A stretch of 32,000 nucleotides of DNA from an uncultured bacterium (lineage in GTDB: Bacteria; Margulisbacteria; WOR-1; CAVSGV01). Of this stretch, positions 15,469-23,926 are shown piece by piece. The translations under genes were made by a program, and so were the position numbers. Position 1 is the first letter of the stretch, and each line of letters opens with the position of its first letter. The notes under the pieces are model-generated. The model ran no database searches and had not been told where the DNA came from. It worked only from the letters and a program-made list of their open reading frames with translations. The stretch lies in assembly GCA_963699255.1 (NCBI GenBank), contig OY969425.1, positions 90,001 to 122,000 of the forward strand. The letters run 5' to 3'.

Positions 15469-16746
15469 ATGATCATGAATAATCACAGAAAGAAACTGAT
15501 CGAGAACTTCTTCAGTTTATCCGTTCTGCAGGGCGCGAATTATATCCTGCCTCTCCTGACCGTTCCTTATCTGGTGAGAGTTCTCGGGCCCGCAAAGTTC
15601 GGCCTCGTGGCCTTTGCCCAGGCTTTTGCCCAATATTTTGTCCTGTTCACGGATTACGGTTTCAACTTTTCGGCCACGCGTGAGGTGTCCATCCATCGGT
15701 TTGACCATAAGAGGCTGGAGGAGATATTTTCGTCCGTTGTCGCAGCCAAATTTCTGTTCACGCTCTTTTCTGTTCTCATATATGGCCTGATCATTGTTCT
15801 GTTCGCCAGGTTCCGCCAGGACTGGCTGCTTTATGCTTTTGCTTTCACCATAGTGCCCGGGAACATTTTTTTCTTTCAATGGTTCTTCCAGGGGATGGAG
15901 AAAATGAAGTACATAACCGTGTTGAACATCTTTGCGAAGTTGTTCTTTGTGGTATTGATATTCATTTTCGTCAGGACGGAACAGGACTATGCCCTGTCAG
16001 CCCTTTTTTATTCGCTGGGATTCGTTCTGGCCGGAGTGATCAGCTTATTCGTTGTTTATAAATATTTCAATATAAGATTGCACGTCCCGTCTTTTAACGC
16101 CATAGTTAAAGAGCTCAGGAGCGGATATTATGTTTTTATATCGCAGCTCGCCCCCAGTTTATACACGACGAGCAACGTTTTCATCCTGGGATTGCTGACC
16201 AATAATACGGTGGTGGGTTATTACAGCGCCGGAGAAAAGCTGATCAAAGCCGTTCAGTCGATGCTCAATCCTTTCTCTCAAACCATTTTCCCTCACATCA
16301 GCGCGCTGTCAAAGATCTCAAAGCAAGAGGCTTTAAAATTCGTGAGGAAGGCGATAATCATATCCGGGGTGTTCACTTTTGCGGCGTCATTATTCATGCT
16401 GATATTCGCCCCCCAGATCGTTCGGATAATATTCGGCGAAAATTATTCATCCAGTATCAATGTGATACGCATTTTATCATTTGTCCCCTTTATATCGAGC
16501 TTTGGCATCATTCTTGGAGCGCAGATTATGATCAACTTTGGGATGTCCCATATCTTTGCCTGGATCGTGACATCGGCGGGCTTGCTCAATATCGCGCTTG
16601 CTTGTTTGCTGATACCGATGTTCCGGCAGAACGGCATGGCTTTGGCGGTCGTTGTTACGGAAACCATTATTTCCTTAAGCATGTTTATTGCGCTTGAGAT
16701 GAAACAGCTGAGCCCGCGGAAAAAATGGGTCGAGAGGAACAAATGA
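15469..16746 (+). CDS. wzx: Polysaccharide flippase (Wzx/RfbX, MOP superfamily)
   Basis: 425 aa and polytopic. N-terminus LSVLQGANYILPLLTVPYLVRVLGPAKFGLVAFAQAF is typical of O-antigen flippases. Confidence 0.8.
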   Translation: MIMNNHRKKLIENFFSLSVLQGANYILPLLTVPYLVRVLGPAKFGLVAFAQAFAQYFVLFTDYGFNFSATREVSIHRFDHKRLEEIFSSVVAAKFLFTLFSVLIYGLIIVLFARFRQDWLLYAFAFTIVPGNIFFFQWFFQGMEKMKYITVLNIFAKLFFVVLIFIFVRTEQDYALSALFYSLGFVLAGVISLFVVYKYFNIRLHVPSFNAIVKELRSGYYVFISQLAPSLYTTSNVFILGLLTNNTVVGYYSAGEKLIKAVQSMLNPFSQTIFPHISALSKISKQEALKFVRKAIIISGVFTFAASLFMLIFAPQIVRIIFGENYSSSINVIRILSFVPFISSFGIILGAQIMINFGMSHIFAWIVTSAGLLNIALACLLIPMFRQNGMALAVVVTETIISLSMFIALEMKQLSPRKKWVERNK

Positions 16747-17828
16747 AGATCACTTTTGTTCTGCCGGATTACTGCCTGAAGCCCGTGGGGGGCGCCAAAG
16801 TAGTTTACCAATATGCAAACCAGCTGGTTTCACGGGGGCATGCGGTTTCTGTTATACACCCAAGATTCATGAGGAATGTCAAATATCCGAAAAAGAACTG
16901 GTTCATGTCGCAGGCATCAAAGGTCTACAGATCGATCTACAGGCCGAAAAAACGAAGCTGGCAGGCGATAGATGACAGGGTGAAAATGACGTATGTGCGC
17001 GAGCCTGTTCCCGGGAACATTCCTGACGCGGACTTCGTCATCGCGACCGCGTGGTCTACCGCGGAATATGTCAAGGACTATGCGGGATCGAAGGGCAGGA
17101 AATTATATCTGATCCAGCACTATGAAATATGGGATGGGCCGGCGGATAGAGTGGCTGACACCTGGCGGGCCCCTCTCAAAAAGATCGTTATAGCCAAGTG
17201 GCTTTATGAAAAAGGGCTGGAGCTAGGAGTGGATCGCAATGATATGGCTTACATCCCGAACGGCATCGACCATGGGATCTTCAGGGTCATAAACGGCATC
17301 GAAAACCGCCCTGGAAGGATAGCGATGATGTATCACACCGCCGAATGGAAAGGAAGCAGTGACGGGATAAGAGCCATAGAACTCGCACGCGAACAGGTCC
17401 CAAATGTGCAGGCCGTTCTGTTCGGCAGATTTAAGAGGCCGGTTTCCATCCCGGGCTGGATCGAATATAGATATTTCCCGGGAGAGACGGAACTTATCGA
17501 GGGGATATATAACAAGGCGGGTATTTTTATTTGTTCCAGCTGGACCGAAGGCGCGCCTGCGCCGCCGGCTGAAGCGATGGCCTGCGGGTGCGCACTGGTT
17601 TCGACCAGCTGCACAGGCATTGACGAATATGCGGAAGACGGGACAACCGCGCTTCTGTCTCCGCCAAAGGATCCTGAATCTATGGCAAAAAATTTGATCC
17701 GTTTGCTCAAGGACGATCGTCTCAGGGTAAGGATCGCGACGGCCGGGGTTGAACATATCAAGAGGTTTACGTGGAAAAGGGCCGCCGATCAGTTGGAAAA
17801 ATTGATGCAGGAAGAAGCCGGGAAATAG
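16743..17828 (+). CDS. Glycosyltransferase family 4
   Basis: MKITFVLPDY...GGAKVVYQYANQLVSRGHAV. C-terminal EX7E-type region SSWTEGAPAPPAEAMACGCALVST. Start placed at ATG 16743 (ATGA overlap with wzx, GAGAGGA SD) rather than the track start 16725. Confidence 0.85.
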   Translation: MKITFVLPDYCLKPVGGAKVVYQYANQLVSRGHAVSVIHPRFMRNVKYPKKNWFMSQASKVYRSIYRPKKRSWQAIDDRVKMTYVREPVPGNIPDADFVIATAWSTAEYVKDYAGSKGRKLYLIQHYEIWDGPADRVADTWRAPLKKIVIAKWLYEKGLELGVDRNDMAYIPNGIDHGIFRVINGIENRPGRIAMMYHTAEWKGSSDGIRAIELAREQVPNVQAVLFGRFKRPVSIPGWIEYRYFPGETELIEGIYNKAGIFICSSWTEGAPAPPAEAMACGCALVSTSCTGIDEYAEDGTTALLSPPKDPESMAKNLIRLLKDDRLRVRIATAGVEHIKRFTWKRAADQLEKLMQEEAGK

Positions 17829-17841
17829 AGGAGTTTATTAT

Positions 17842-18603
17842 ATGGAGCCCAGGGTCTTGATAATTATCCTGAACTGGAATGGCTACATTTACACAAAAGA
17901 CTGCCTCGGTTCATTGAGAAACCTCAATTATCCGAATTTTCAGGTCATAGTGGTTGATAACGGCTCGACCGATGGATCAGTTGAAAAGCTTAAAGCCGAA
18001 TTCCCGGATATTCTTTTGATCGGGAACAAAGAAAACCTGGGATTCACGGGCGGAAATAATGCCGGCATGAGGGAAGCCCTTAAGTCGGATCCGTCATATA
18101 TAATGCTTCTCAATAACGATACCGTGGTTGACCGGGATATGCTTTCGGAATTGGTTAGGGTCATTGGATCGGACCCCAAGATCGGCATGGTAGGCCCGAA
18201 GATATACTATTATGACAGGAAGGATGTGGTCTGGTCCGCGGGGACCTGGCACGACAGGCTCCTGCACAGGTTCAAGCTCATCGGGAGAGGGCAAAAAGAC
18301 AGGGGGCAATTTTCAAAGCAAAGAGATGTTGACGAGCTTACCGCCTGCGCGATGCTCATAAGGAGAGAAGTGATAGAAAAGATCGGATATTTAAATGACG
18401 ATTATTTCAGAACGTCGGAAGATTCGGAGTATTGCATTAGGGCGAAGCGCGCCGGGTATAGACTGGTGTTCGTCCCCACTTCGGTCATATGGCACAAGGT
18501 TTCATCGACCACGGGAGGGGAGGAGTCCGCTCAGAACGTTTTTTATTCAACCAGGAACACCCTCTATCTGGTCAAGAAATTTTATTCGGTTCCCTGCCCA
18601 TAA
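17842..18603 (+). CDS. Glycosyltransferase family 2 (rhamnosyltransferase-like), apparently truncated by a frameshift
   Basis: ILNWNGYIYTKDCLGSLRNLNYPNFQVIVVDNGSTDGS...LGFTGGNNAG...LLNNDTVV...EDSEYCIRAKRAGY. It ends ...TRNTLYLVKKFYSVPCP*. A GT2-type C-terminus continues in another frame. Confidence 0.85.
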   Translation: MEPRVLIIILNWNGYIYTKDCLGSLRNLNYPNFQVIVVDNGSTDGSVEKLKAEFPDILLIGNKENLGFTGGNNAGMREALKSDPSYIMLLNNDTVVDRDMLSELVRVIGSDPKIGMVGPKIYYYDRKDVVWSAGTWHDRLLHRFKLIGRGQKDRGQFSKQRDVDELTACAMLIRREVIEKIGYLNDDYFRTSEDSEYCIRAKRAGYRLVFVPTSVIWHKVSSTTGGEESAQNVFYSTRNTLYLVKKFYSVPCP

Positions 18604-18731
18604 TATTGTCGAAATATTACATCAAGTGCTTTTTGTTCTATTTGCTCGGCCGAAAGGTAAAGGCAAAGGCATTGATCGACGCGGTCCAGGATTTCCGGCA
18701 CGGCAAAAAAGGCAAATCGGAAAAATATTAA
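18573..18731 (+). pseudogene. Frame-shifted 3' continuation of the preceding GT2 gene
   Basis: Frame 3 reads ...FGSLPIILSKYYIKCFLFYLLGRKVKAKALIDAVQDFRHGKKGKSEKY*. It ends 8 nt before the next start codon and resembles the usual membrane-proximal tail of this GT2 subfamily. Confidence 0.55.
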
Positions 18732-18738
18732 CTTACTG

Positions 18739-20028
18739 ATGAAGAAAATTCCCGAATATTTGATATACCTTTTCGTTTTTTCCCTGATCGTAGATGCGTC
18801 AGGTTTCGGGTACATTTCAAGGGTCCCTGTTCTAATTCTGCCTTTTAAATATCTATTGCTCATAGCGATAACGGTATTCTCGTTATTCAGGATCATCAGG
18901 TTTTTCTTGACCGGGACGATCCCCGTGAACCATTATGCCACGTGGATACTGGGGATCCTTATGATACCTCTGGTTTTCGGCACGGTAGGCTTTTTCAGGG
19001 GCAATGACATCTGGCTCATATTCAAGGACACTTTCGGGATCTTGTTCTATTTATTCGCTCTAATGTTCGTGTTGTTCATTAACGAGAGAGAGCAGATAAA
19101 GAAGCTCTTGTTCACTTTTTTTCTTGCGACATTTGTTGTTAATTGCGCGGTAATAGTCCTTGAGATCCTGCTTGTTAAAAATGTGATCCCCCCCGACATT
19201 CTAAATATGTTCCTGGTGAACAACGAGCTTGGTTTCATATTTTATAACAGTCCCGGTTTTTACCGGATAATGCTGCGATCGGGCATTTTCACCCAGATCG
19301 GGATCATACTGGCAATGGCGCTGTTATTTTTAAAAGATCAGAACGTTCGAATAAAACTCTGTCTGTATTTATTCCTGGCCGTGTCCGTTGTATCTCTGAT
19401 CTGTCAGAACTCAAGGGGCTTTTGGGTGGCGACTTTAGTAGCTGCGCTATTAATGCTGGTTTTTCACAATAGATATCGATATAAGAGCGCCATGATATTG
19501 CTGATTTTTATTGTTGCCGGGATCTTGTTTGTTTTTTGGGGCCAGTTCGGGGTTTTTGACGAGATCCCGATATTGGGGAGGTTATATTCAACATTTGTCT
19601 TCGATGTTTCGGAGCCGTCAAATTATATGAGAGCGGTGCAGTTCGATTATTTGACGGCAAAAGTTGCCGAGCACCCCGTTATCGGCTCGGGGTATGGCGC
19701 AATGATATATGGGTTTTATGATAGCCCCGTTTTCGAGCTGGATTATCTGGCCCTGGTCATGAAGATCGGGATTCTCGGTTTTATTTACTGGTTCGGCCTT
19801 ATGTTCTATTTGATGAGGGATGCCTTCCGGAGCTATTTTTTATGCGGTGATAAATATCTTAAAACGGTTCAAATGGCGTTCATTTTCGCTTTGGTAAGCG
19901 TTTTTATCTTAAGCGCGACAGATCCATACCTATACGGAATACTTGGGAATTCCTGCGTTGTTTTGGCTATAATCGTGTTTAATATCGTTAAGGATTCGGG
20001 TGAAAGGAAGGTTCGTCAAAAGCTATGA
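18739..20028 (+). CDS. wzy: O-antigen polymerase/ligase family membrane protein (Wzy-like)
   Basis: 429 aa with about 10-12 TM helices. The central QNSRGFWVATLVAALLMLVF and the periplasmic-loop region IGSGYGAM...ELDYLALVMKIGILGF are typical of the Wzy_C domain. Confidence 0.7.
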   Translation: MKKIPEYLIYLFVFSLIVDASGFGYISRVPVLILPFKYLLLIAITVFSLFRIIRFFLTGTIPVNHYATWILGILMIPLVFGTVGFFRGNDIWLIFKDTFGILFYLFALMFVLFINEREQIKKLLFTFFLATFVVNCAVIVLEILLVKNVIPPDILNMFLVNNELGFIFYNSPGFYRIMLRSGIFTQIGIILAMALLFLKDQNVRIKLCLYLFLAVSVVSLICQNSRGFWVATLVAALLMLVFHNRYRYKSAMILLIFIVAGILFVFWGQFGVFDEIPILGRLYSTFVFDVSEPSNYMRAVQFDYLTAKVAEHPVIGSGYGAMIYGFYDSPVFELDYLALVMKIGILGFIYWFGLMFYLMRDAFRSYFLCGDKYLKTVQMAFIFALVSVFILSATDPYLYGILGNSCVVLAIIVFNIVKDSGERKVRQKL

Positions 20029-20993
20029 TGGACGTGTCCATTTCAATAATCGCTTCGGATGAAAAGGATGTTCTGAGAAAATGCATTTACAGCATCAGGA
20101 ATACCGTCGGGAAAAACCTCGCGTATGAATTGATCGTGATCGAGAACGCGTCGACTGACGGTACCTGGCAGATGCTCAGATCCGAGTTCCCCGAAGTGAC
20201 GGTAATAAGGAATGAGGCCAGAAAAAGCTTCTGCCAGAACCATAACATGGGAATAAAAAAAAGCGCGGGCAGGTACGTCCTGATACTCAATTCAGACGTC
20301 TTTTTTCTGGACGGTTTCCTTGAGGAGCTTGTCAGGACGATCGAGCGTGATAAAAAGATCGGCGCTGTTATGGGTAAGCTTTTGCAAGGATATCCCGAAG
20401 ATCACGGGAATATCATCGATTCGACCGGGGTTCGCATATTCAGGAATCGGCGTACCATTGATAGGGGGCAGGGGGAGAAGGATAAAGGGCAGTACGATAC
20501 CGTTGAACCCATATTCTCGCCGAGCGGAGCGGCCATGCTGTGCAGGCGCGAGATGCTCGAGGACATAAGAATGGACGGCCAGTACTTTGACGAAACTTTT
20601 TACGCGTATAAAGAGGAGCTTGATCTGTGCTGGAGGGCCCGGTTATTCGGCTGGGACATGATGTATACGCCAAAGGCCGTGGCTTATCATTTAAGGGGGT
20701 GGGGGAAAGCCACCAAACGCCGGAACATCCCGAGGTTCGTGAGGCGGCATTCCTTCAAGAACAGATACCTGATGATGATCAAGAACGATCATCTGGCCAA
20801 CGTTATACGCGATATTCTCCCGATACTCTGGCACGAAGCGCAGTCTTTTGTTTATATGGTGTTCAGAGAGCCGCATTTGTTCCTGGGATGGATCCGGATA
20901 TTTGTGTTATTGCCGCTTACCCTGCGCAAAAGATCCGAGATAATGAAGAAGGCAGTGGTCGGGTCGAAAGAAATGGGCAAATGGTTCGTTTGA
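20025..20993 (+). CDS. Glycosyltransferase family 2
   Basis: VSISIIASDEKDVLRKCIYSI...YELIVIENASTDGT...NHNMGIKKSAGRYVLILNSDVFF...YKEELDLCWRARLFGW. ATGA overlap with wzy. Confidence 0.85.
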   Translation: MMDVSISIIASDEKDVLRKCIYSIRNTVGKNLAYELIVIENASTDGTWQMLRSEFPEVTVIRNEARKSFCQNHNMGIKKSAGRYVLILNSDVFFLDGFLEELVRTIERDKKIGAVMGKLLQGYPEDHGNIIDSTGVRIFRNRRTIDRGQGEKDKGQYDTVEPIFSPSGAAMLCRREMLEDIRMDGQYFDETFYAYKEELDLCWRARLFGWDMMYTPKAVAYHLRGWGKATKRRNIPRFVRRHSFKNRYLMMIKNDHLANVIRDILPILWHEAQSFVYMVFREPHLFLGWIRIFVLLPLTLRKRSEIMKKAVVGSKEMGKWFV

Positions 20994-21011
20994 ATGGATG
21001 CGTTTGAATAA

Positions 21012-21989
21012 CTAATTGTTTAAATAATATTTTATTGCTTTTTCAATCCCGGTTTTAAATTTAATTTTGTATTCATATCCAAGCTGTTTTAATTTTGTGG
21101 GATCTCCTACCCGGGAAAAAACTCCGCTTGGTTTGTCAGAAGTTCCTCGTATTTCAGGCGCATATCCGCAAATACCTGCAGCTATTTTTGCAAAATCAAT
21201 AAAACTGGTATGAATACCTGTGCACAAATTAACAGCCTCAGCATTATCAATTTTATCTATTGTTATTAATATTGCATCGATGCAATCATCGATATGGATA
21301 AAATCACGCATTTGTTCGCCTGTCCCCCAAACAGTAACAATTGGTTTCCCTTGATTAGCGATGACCCGCTTACAAATACTTGGGAATGGATAGGTATCAT
21401 CTTGATCTACTCCATAACCCGAAAAAGGACGATAAATAATTGATCTTATGCCGTTTTTCTGATGTGCCAGTTTGGCGAGATACTCACATGTCAATTTTGC
21501 CCAACCATAGCTCATATCTGGCATCCCAATGTTATTTTCAAACGAGACCATATCCTCAGTTAATGATTTGTGATCCGTTTTTTGTTGATATTCAACAGGG
21601 TAAGCCGCACTTGAACTAAAACATGCTGTCTTGCGTGGCTTTGTTTTCGCCGCCCACTCCCAGTATTCAGCGTCTATTGAAAGATCATCTGCAACTGCAA
21701 GCGGGTTGTTTTCGATCATTGATCTGCCGCCAACCATAGCGGCTAAATGAAAACAATAATCAAAATCAGTATCAAGGTGTTTATTGAAGTATTCTCGGCA
21801 ATCCATTTGATAAAAATGAAAGCTCTTGTAATCCAAAGGTTTAAACAACGGCCATAACTTTGGCGTTATTCCGCCGGTAAATTCAGCTATTTTATCGACA
21901 CAGTGGACTTCATTTCCATTTTCGAGAAGACGTTTAATTAAATGTCTCCCGACAAAACCCGCACCGCCTGTGACAAGGACCTTACGCAT
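21012..21989 (-). CDS. NAD-dependent sugar epimerase/dehydratase (extended SDR; substrate unknown)
   Basis: [29 protein letters not shown] and YxxxK (SYGWAKLTCEY). Start placed at ATG 21989 (AGGAGG SD 8 nt upstream, 8-nt overlap with the upstream gene). Low-GC gene. Confidence 0.85.
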   Translation of the reverse strand: MRKVLVTGGAGFVGRHLIKRLLENGNEVHCVDKIAEFTGGITPKLWPLFKPLDYKSFHFYQMDCREYFNKHLDTDFDYCFHLAAMVGGRSMIENNPLAVADDLSIDAEYWEWAAKTKPRKTACFSSSAAYPVEYQQKTDHKSLTEDMVSFENNIGMPDMSYGWAKLTCEYLAKLAHQKNGIRSIIYRPFSGYGVDQDDTYPFPSICKRVIANQGKPIVTVWGTGEQMRDFIHIDDCIDAILITIDKIDNAEAVNLCTGIHTSFIDFAKIAAGICGYAPEIRGTSDKPSGVFSRVGDPTKLKQLGYEYKIKFKTGIEKAIKYYLNN

Positions 21990-22908
21990 TAAAATGCCTC
22001 CTATATAATTCAAAGGCCTTGATCGATTGCTCCGGCAAGTAATTTAATATTGCATTCGGATCTGAATAGATACTTGTAACAAGCTTTAGATTGTTTTCAT
22101 AACCGAGATATTCTCGCTTCATATCCACTACAAGGTCATGAATGTTCCTTTTTTGATAAACGGATGCTTTATTGAAGAATACTTTTGCACCAAGCGCTTG
22201 CACATAGTAAGCCGCCCATATGTCATCCATTCTGCCAATGTGCGGGAAAAGGAAATAATTACGCAATATTGATCGACTTAAGAATGTATTCTGCGAATTA
22301 AATGGAGCGATCTTGTTCGATGCTATCGGAAATACAGAAGGGTCAAAATTGCATTCAGGAGCGTATATCATCCTGCAAACCGCATCAATATCTGGATCGC
22401 CATTCCAGAAATCAGCTTGTATCTCAAATTTCATCTTCTTTTTAGATATATTATTATATGAACGTTTAGGAATAAGCTGTAAAGGGTATCCCCGATGCCA
22501 TAAGTTTTTCTCATTAGTTGCTCCAACGGGGTCAAACACCGGTAAGTCCGTCTCAAAATAGTTCACCTCGATCGTCTCTCCAACCAATACGTTTTTGCCC
22601 CAATCTTCATACGGGATATTGTCATCATCAATAACGGCGATAATGTCCGCTCCCATTTCATATGCCCAGAGAAGGCCAAAATTGCGTCGCTGAATGCATT
22701 TCCATCCTATTGCTTCGGATAAGGCGCTGTCTTTCTTCTCCTGCATTTCCGGGGAGACATAGATGCCCCTTTTCAGTTTATAGTCAACAGGGGTTTTTAA
22801 ATCCCCAACTACTATCAATGTCCACTCATTCATCGCATCAAACTTTTCTATGGCTTCTGTCGGGCCATTTATTGTTGTTGTCACAATTACATTTTTTGTT
22901 TTTTTCAT
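21982..22908 (-). CDS. GT75 (reversibly glycosylated polypeptide / UDP-arabinopyranose mutase)-STELLO(DUF288)-like protein
   Basis: 308 aa and soluble. The motifs VIVTTTINGPTEAI...WTLIVVGDLKTPVDY...RRNFGLLWAYEMGADIIAVIDDDNIP...LWHRGYPLQL...WNGDPDIDAVCRM...IGRMDDIWAAYYVQ...DMKREYLGYE parallel plant RGP motifs (DDDC, VRGYPFSL, IGRYDDMWAGWCVK, NLKKEYKG). They also parallel the STELLO N-terminal pattern. Assigned from memory of those families, with no search run. Confidence 0.6.
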   Translation of the reverse strand: MKKTKNVIVTTTINGPTEAIEKFDAMNEWTLIVVGDLKTPVDYKLKRGIYVSPEMQEKKDSALSEAIGWKCIQRRNFGLLWAYEMGADIIAVIDDDNIPYEDWGKNVLVGETIEVNYFETDLPVFDPVGATNEKNLWHRGYPLQLIPKRSYNNISKKKMKFEIQADFWNGDPDIDAVCRMIYAPECNFDPSVFPIASNKIAPFNSQNTFLSRSILRNYFLFPHIGRMDDIWAAYYVQALGAKVFFNKASVYQKRNIHDLVVDMKREYLGYENNLKLVTSIYSDPNAILNYLPEQSIKAFELYRRHFNA

Positions 22909-23666
22909 CTTATCCCTTTTCCGATCAAAAGCCTTTTATTCGAACAGAATAAAACCTTTAAACCTATCCCAAAATAAAGGAAATTTCTTAGAAATGTGTT
23001 CTTTGAACCCCCCTCAGTTCTCGCCTTCCATGCAACAGGGACCTCCACCACTTTTATGCCAAGTCGTAACGGTTTGATTATTGTTTCCAGCAAAAATGGA
23101 TGTTTCAGCTCTTCCCATCTTATTTGTTGGACAATATTTACGGGAAACAGCCTATAGCCGTAAGTCATATCGGTTAGATCCGTAAAATATAAGACAGAAA
23201 ACAATTTCTGAAACAAGAAGTTCAGGAAATATTTTAACTTACCGTAGCCGTAAAAGCCACCGCCTTTGATCCATCTTGAACCGGTGATGATCCGGTCAGG
23301 GTACTTTTTTGACTCAGATATAAAGTCTTTTACTTTATCTGGCGGAGTTTCCAGGTCGCTGGCCATCATCAATATGTGACTGCCGAGCGCATGCGAAAAT
23401 GCATCGCGCAAAGCTCCGCCAAGAAAGGGAAGGTTTTGCTTTAATATCTTTATTTTGTTGCCATATTTATTACGAAGCTTTTCGCATATTTCCAGGCTCG
23501 ACCGGCTTGTTTTTTCGCATACAACTATTATAAATTCAAGTACATCTGCACTGCAATCAGCCATTATTGTTTTTACAGTTATTTCTAAAGAGGTTGTTTC
23601 ATCTGTGACAGGTAAAATCACCGATAAAGATTCGAACCTTTTGTTCGCTGGCAGTAAGTTTTTCAT
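22905..23666 (-). CDS. GT2 polyprenyl-phosphate glycosyltransferase-like (Dpm1/GtrB/ArnC-like)
   Basis: LSVILPVTDET...LEFIIVVCEKTSRSS...GGALRDAFSHALGSHILMMASDLETPP...ITGSRW...DLTDMTYGYRLF...VVEVPVAWKARTEGGSKNTF follows the Dpm1-like GT2 layout. ATGA overlap with the downstream gene. Confidence 0.7.
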   Translation of the reverse strand: MKNLLPANKRFESLSVILPVTDETTSLEITVKTIMADCSADVLEFIIVVCEKTSRSSLEICEKLRNKYGNKIKILKQNLPFLGGALRDAFSHALGSHILMMASDLETPPDKVKDFISESKKYPDRIITGSRWIKGGGFYGYGKLKYFLNFLFQKLFSVLYFTDLTDMTYGYRLFPVNIVQQIRWEELKHPFLLETIIKPLRLGIKVVEVPVAWKARTEGGSKNTFLRNFLYFGIGLKVLFCSNKRLLIGKGIR

Positions 23667-23926
23667 TTAAGCAATAATCGCATGGTCAATTTGTTGATGC
23701 ATTATACTATATTAAAACGTTTAAATTAAGCAAAAGTCAAATCAATTAGTCGAATATTTATGATAGAATACAACCAATGTTATCAATACGCATGATCCTT
23801 TTGAGCGTCGGAACGATATGCTAAGCTGGCGTCTGAGAAAAAATCGAAACGAGAAAACCCTATAAGACCAACCAGCAGATGTTGCGTTGCAAGACTGGGG
23901 ATTCCCGTGCTTTTACGGAGGCAAAG
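23667..23926. promoter_or_regulatory. AT-rich divergent promoter region of the low-GC module
   Basis: A 260-bp gap between divergent operons, the largest non-coding stretch in the window. An extended -10-like TGATAGAAT lies at 23761-23769 on the plus strand. A GGAGG SD lies 5 nt before TTG 23927. Confidence 0.4.

Noticed and set aside
20987-21009. 9-bp direct repeat CGTTTGAAT x2 at the left edge of the low-GC module, considered as a possible target-site duplication.
   Set aside because: Both copies lie on the same side of the module, 5 nt apart, and no matching copy exists at the right boundary (about 26830). This is not the geometry of a target-site duplication.
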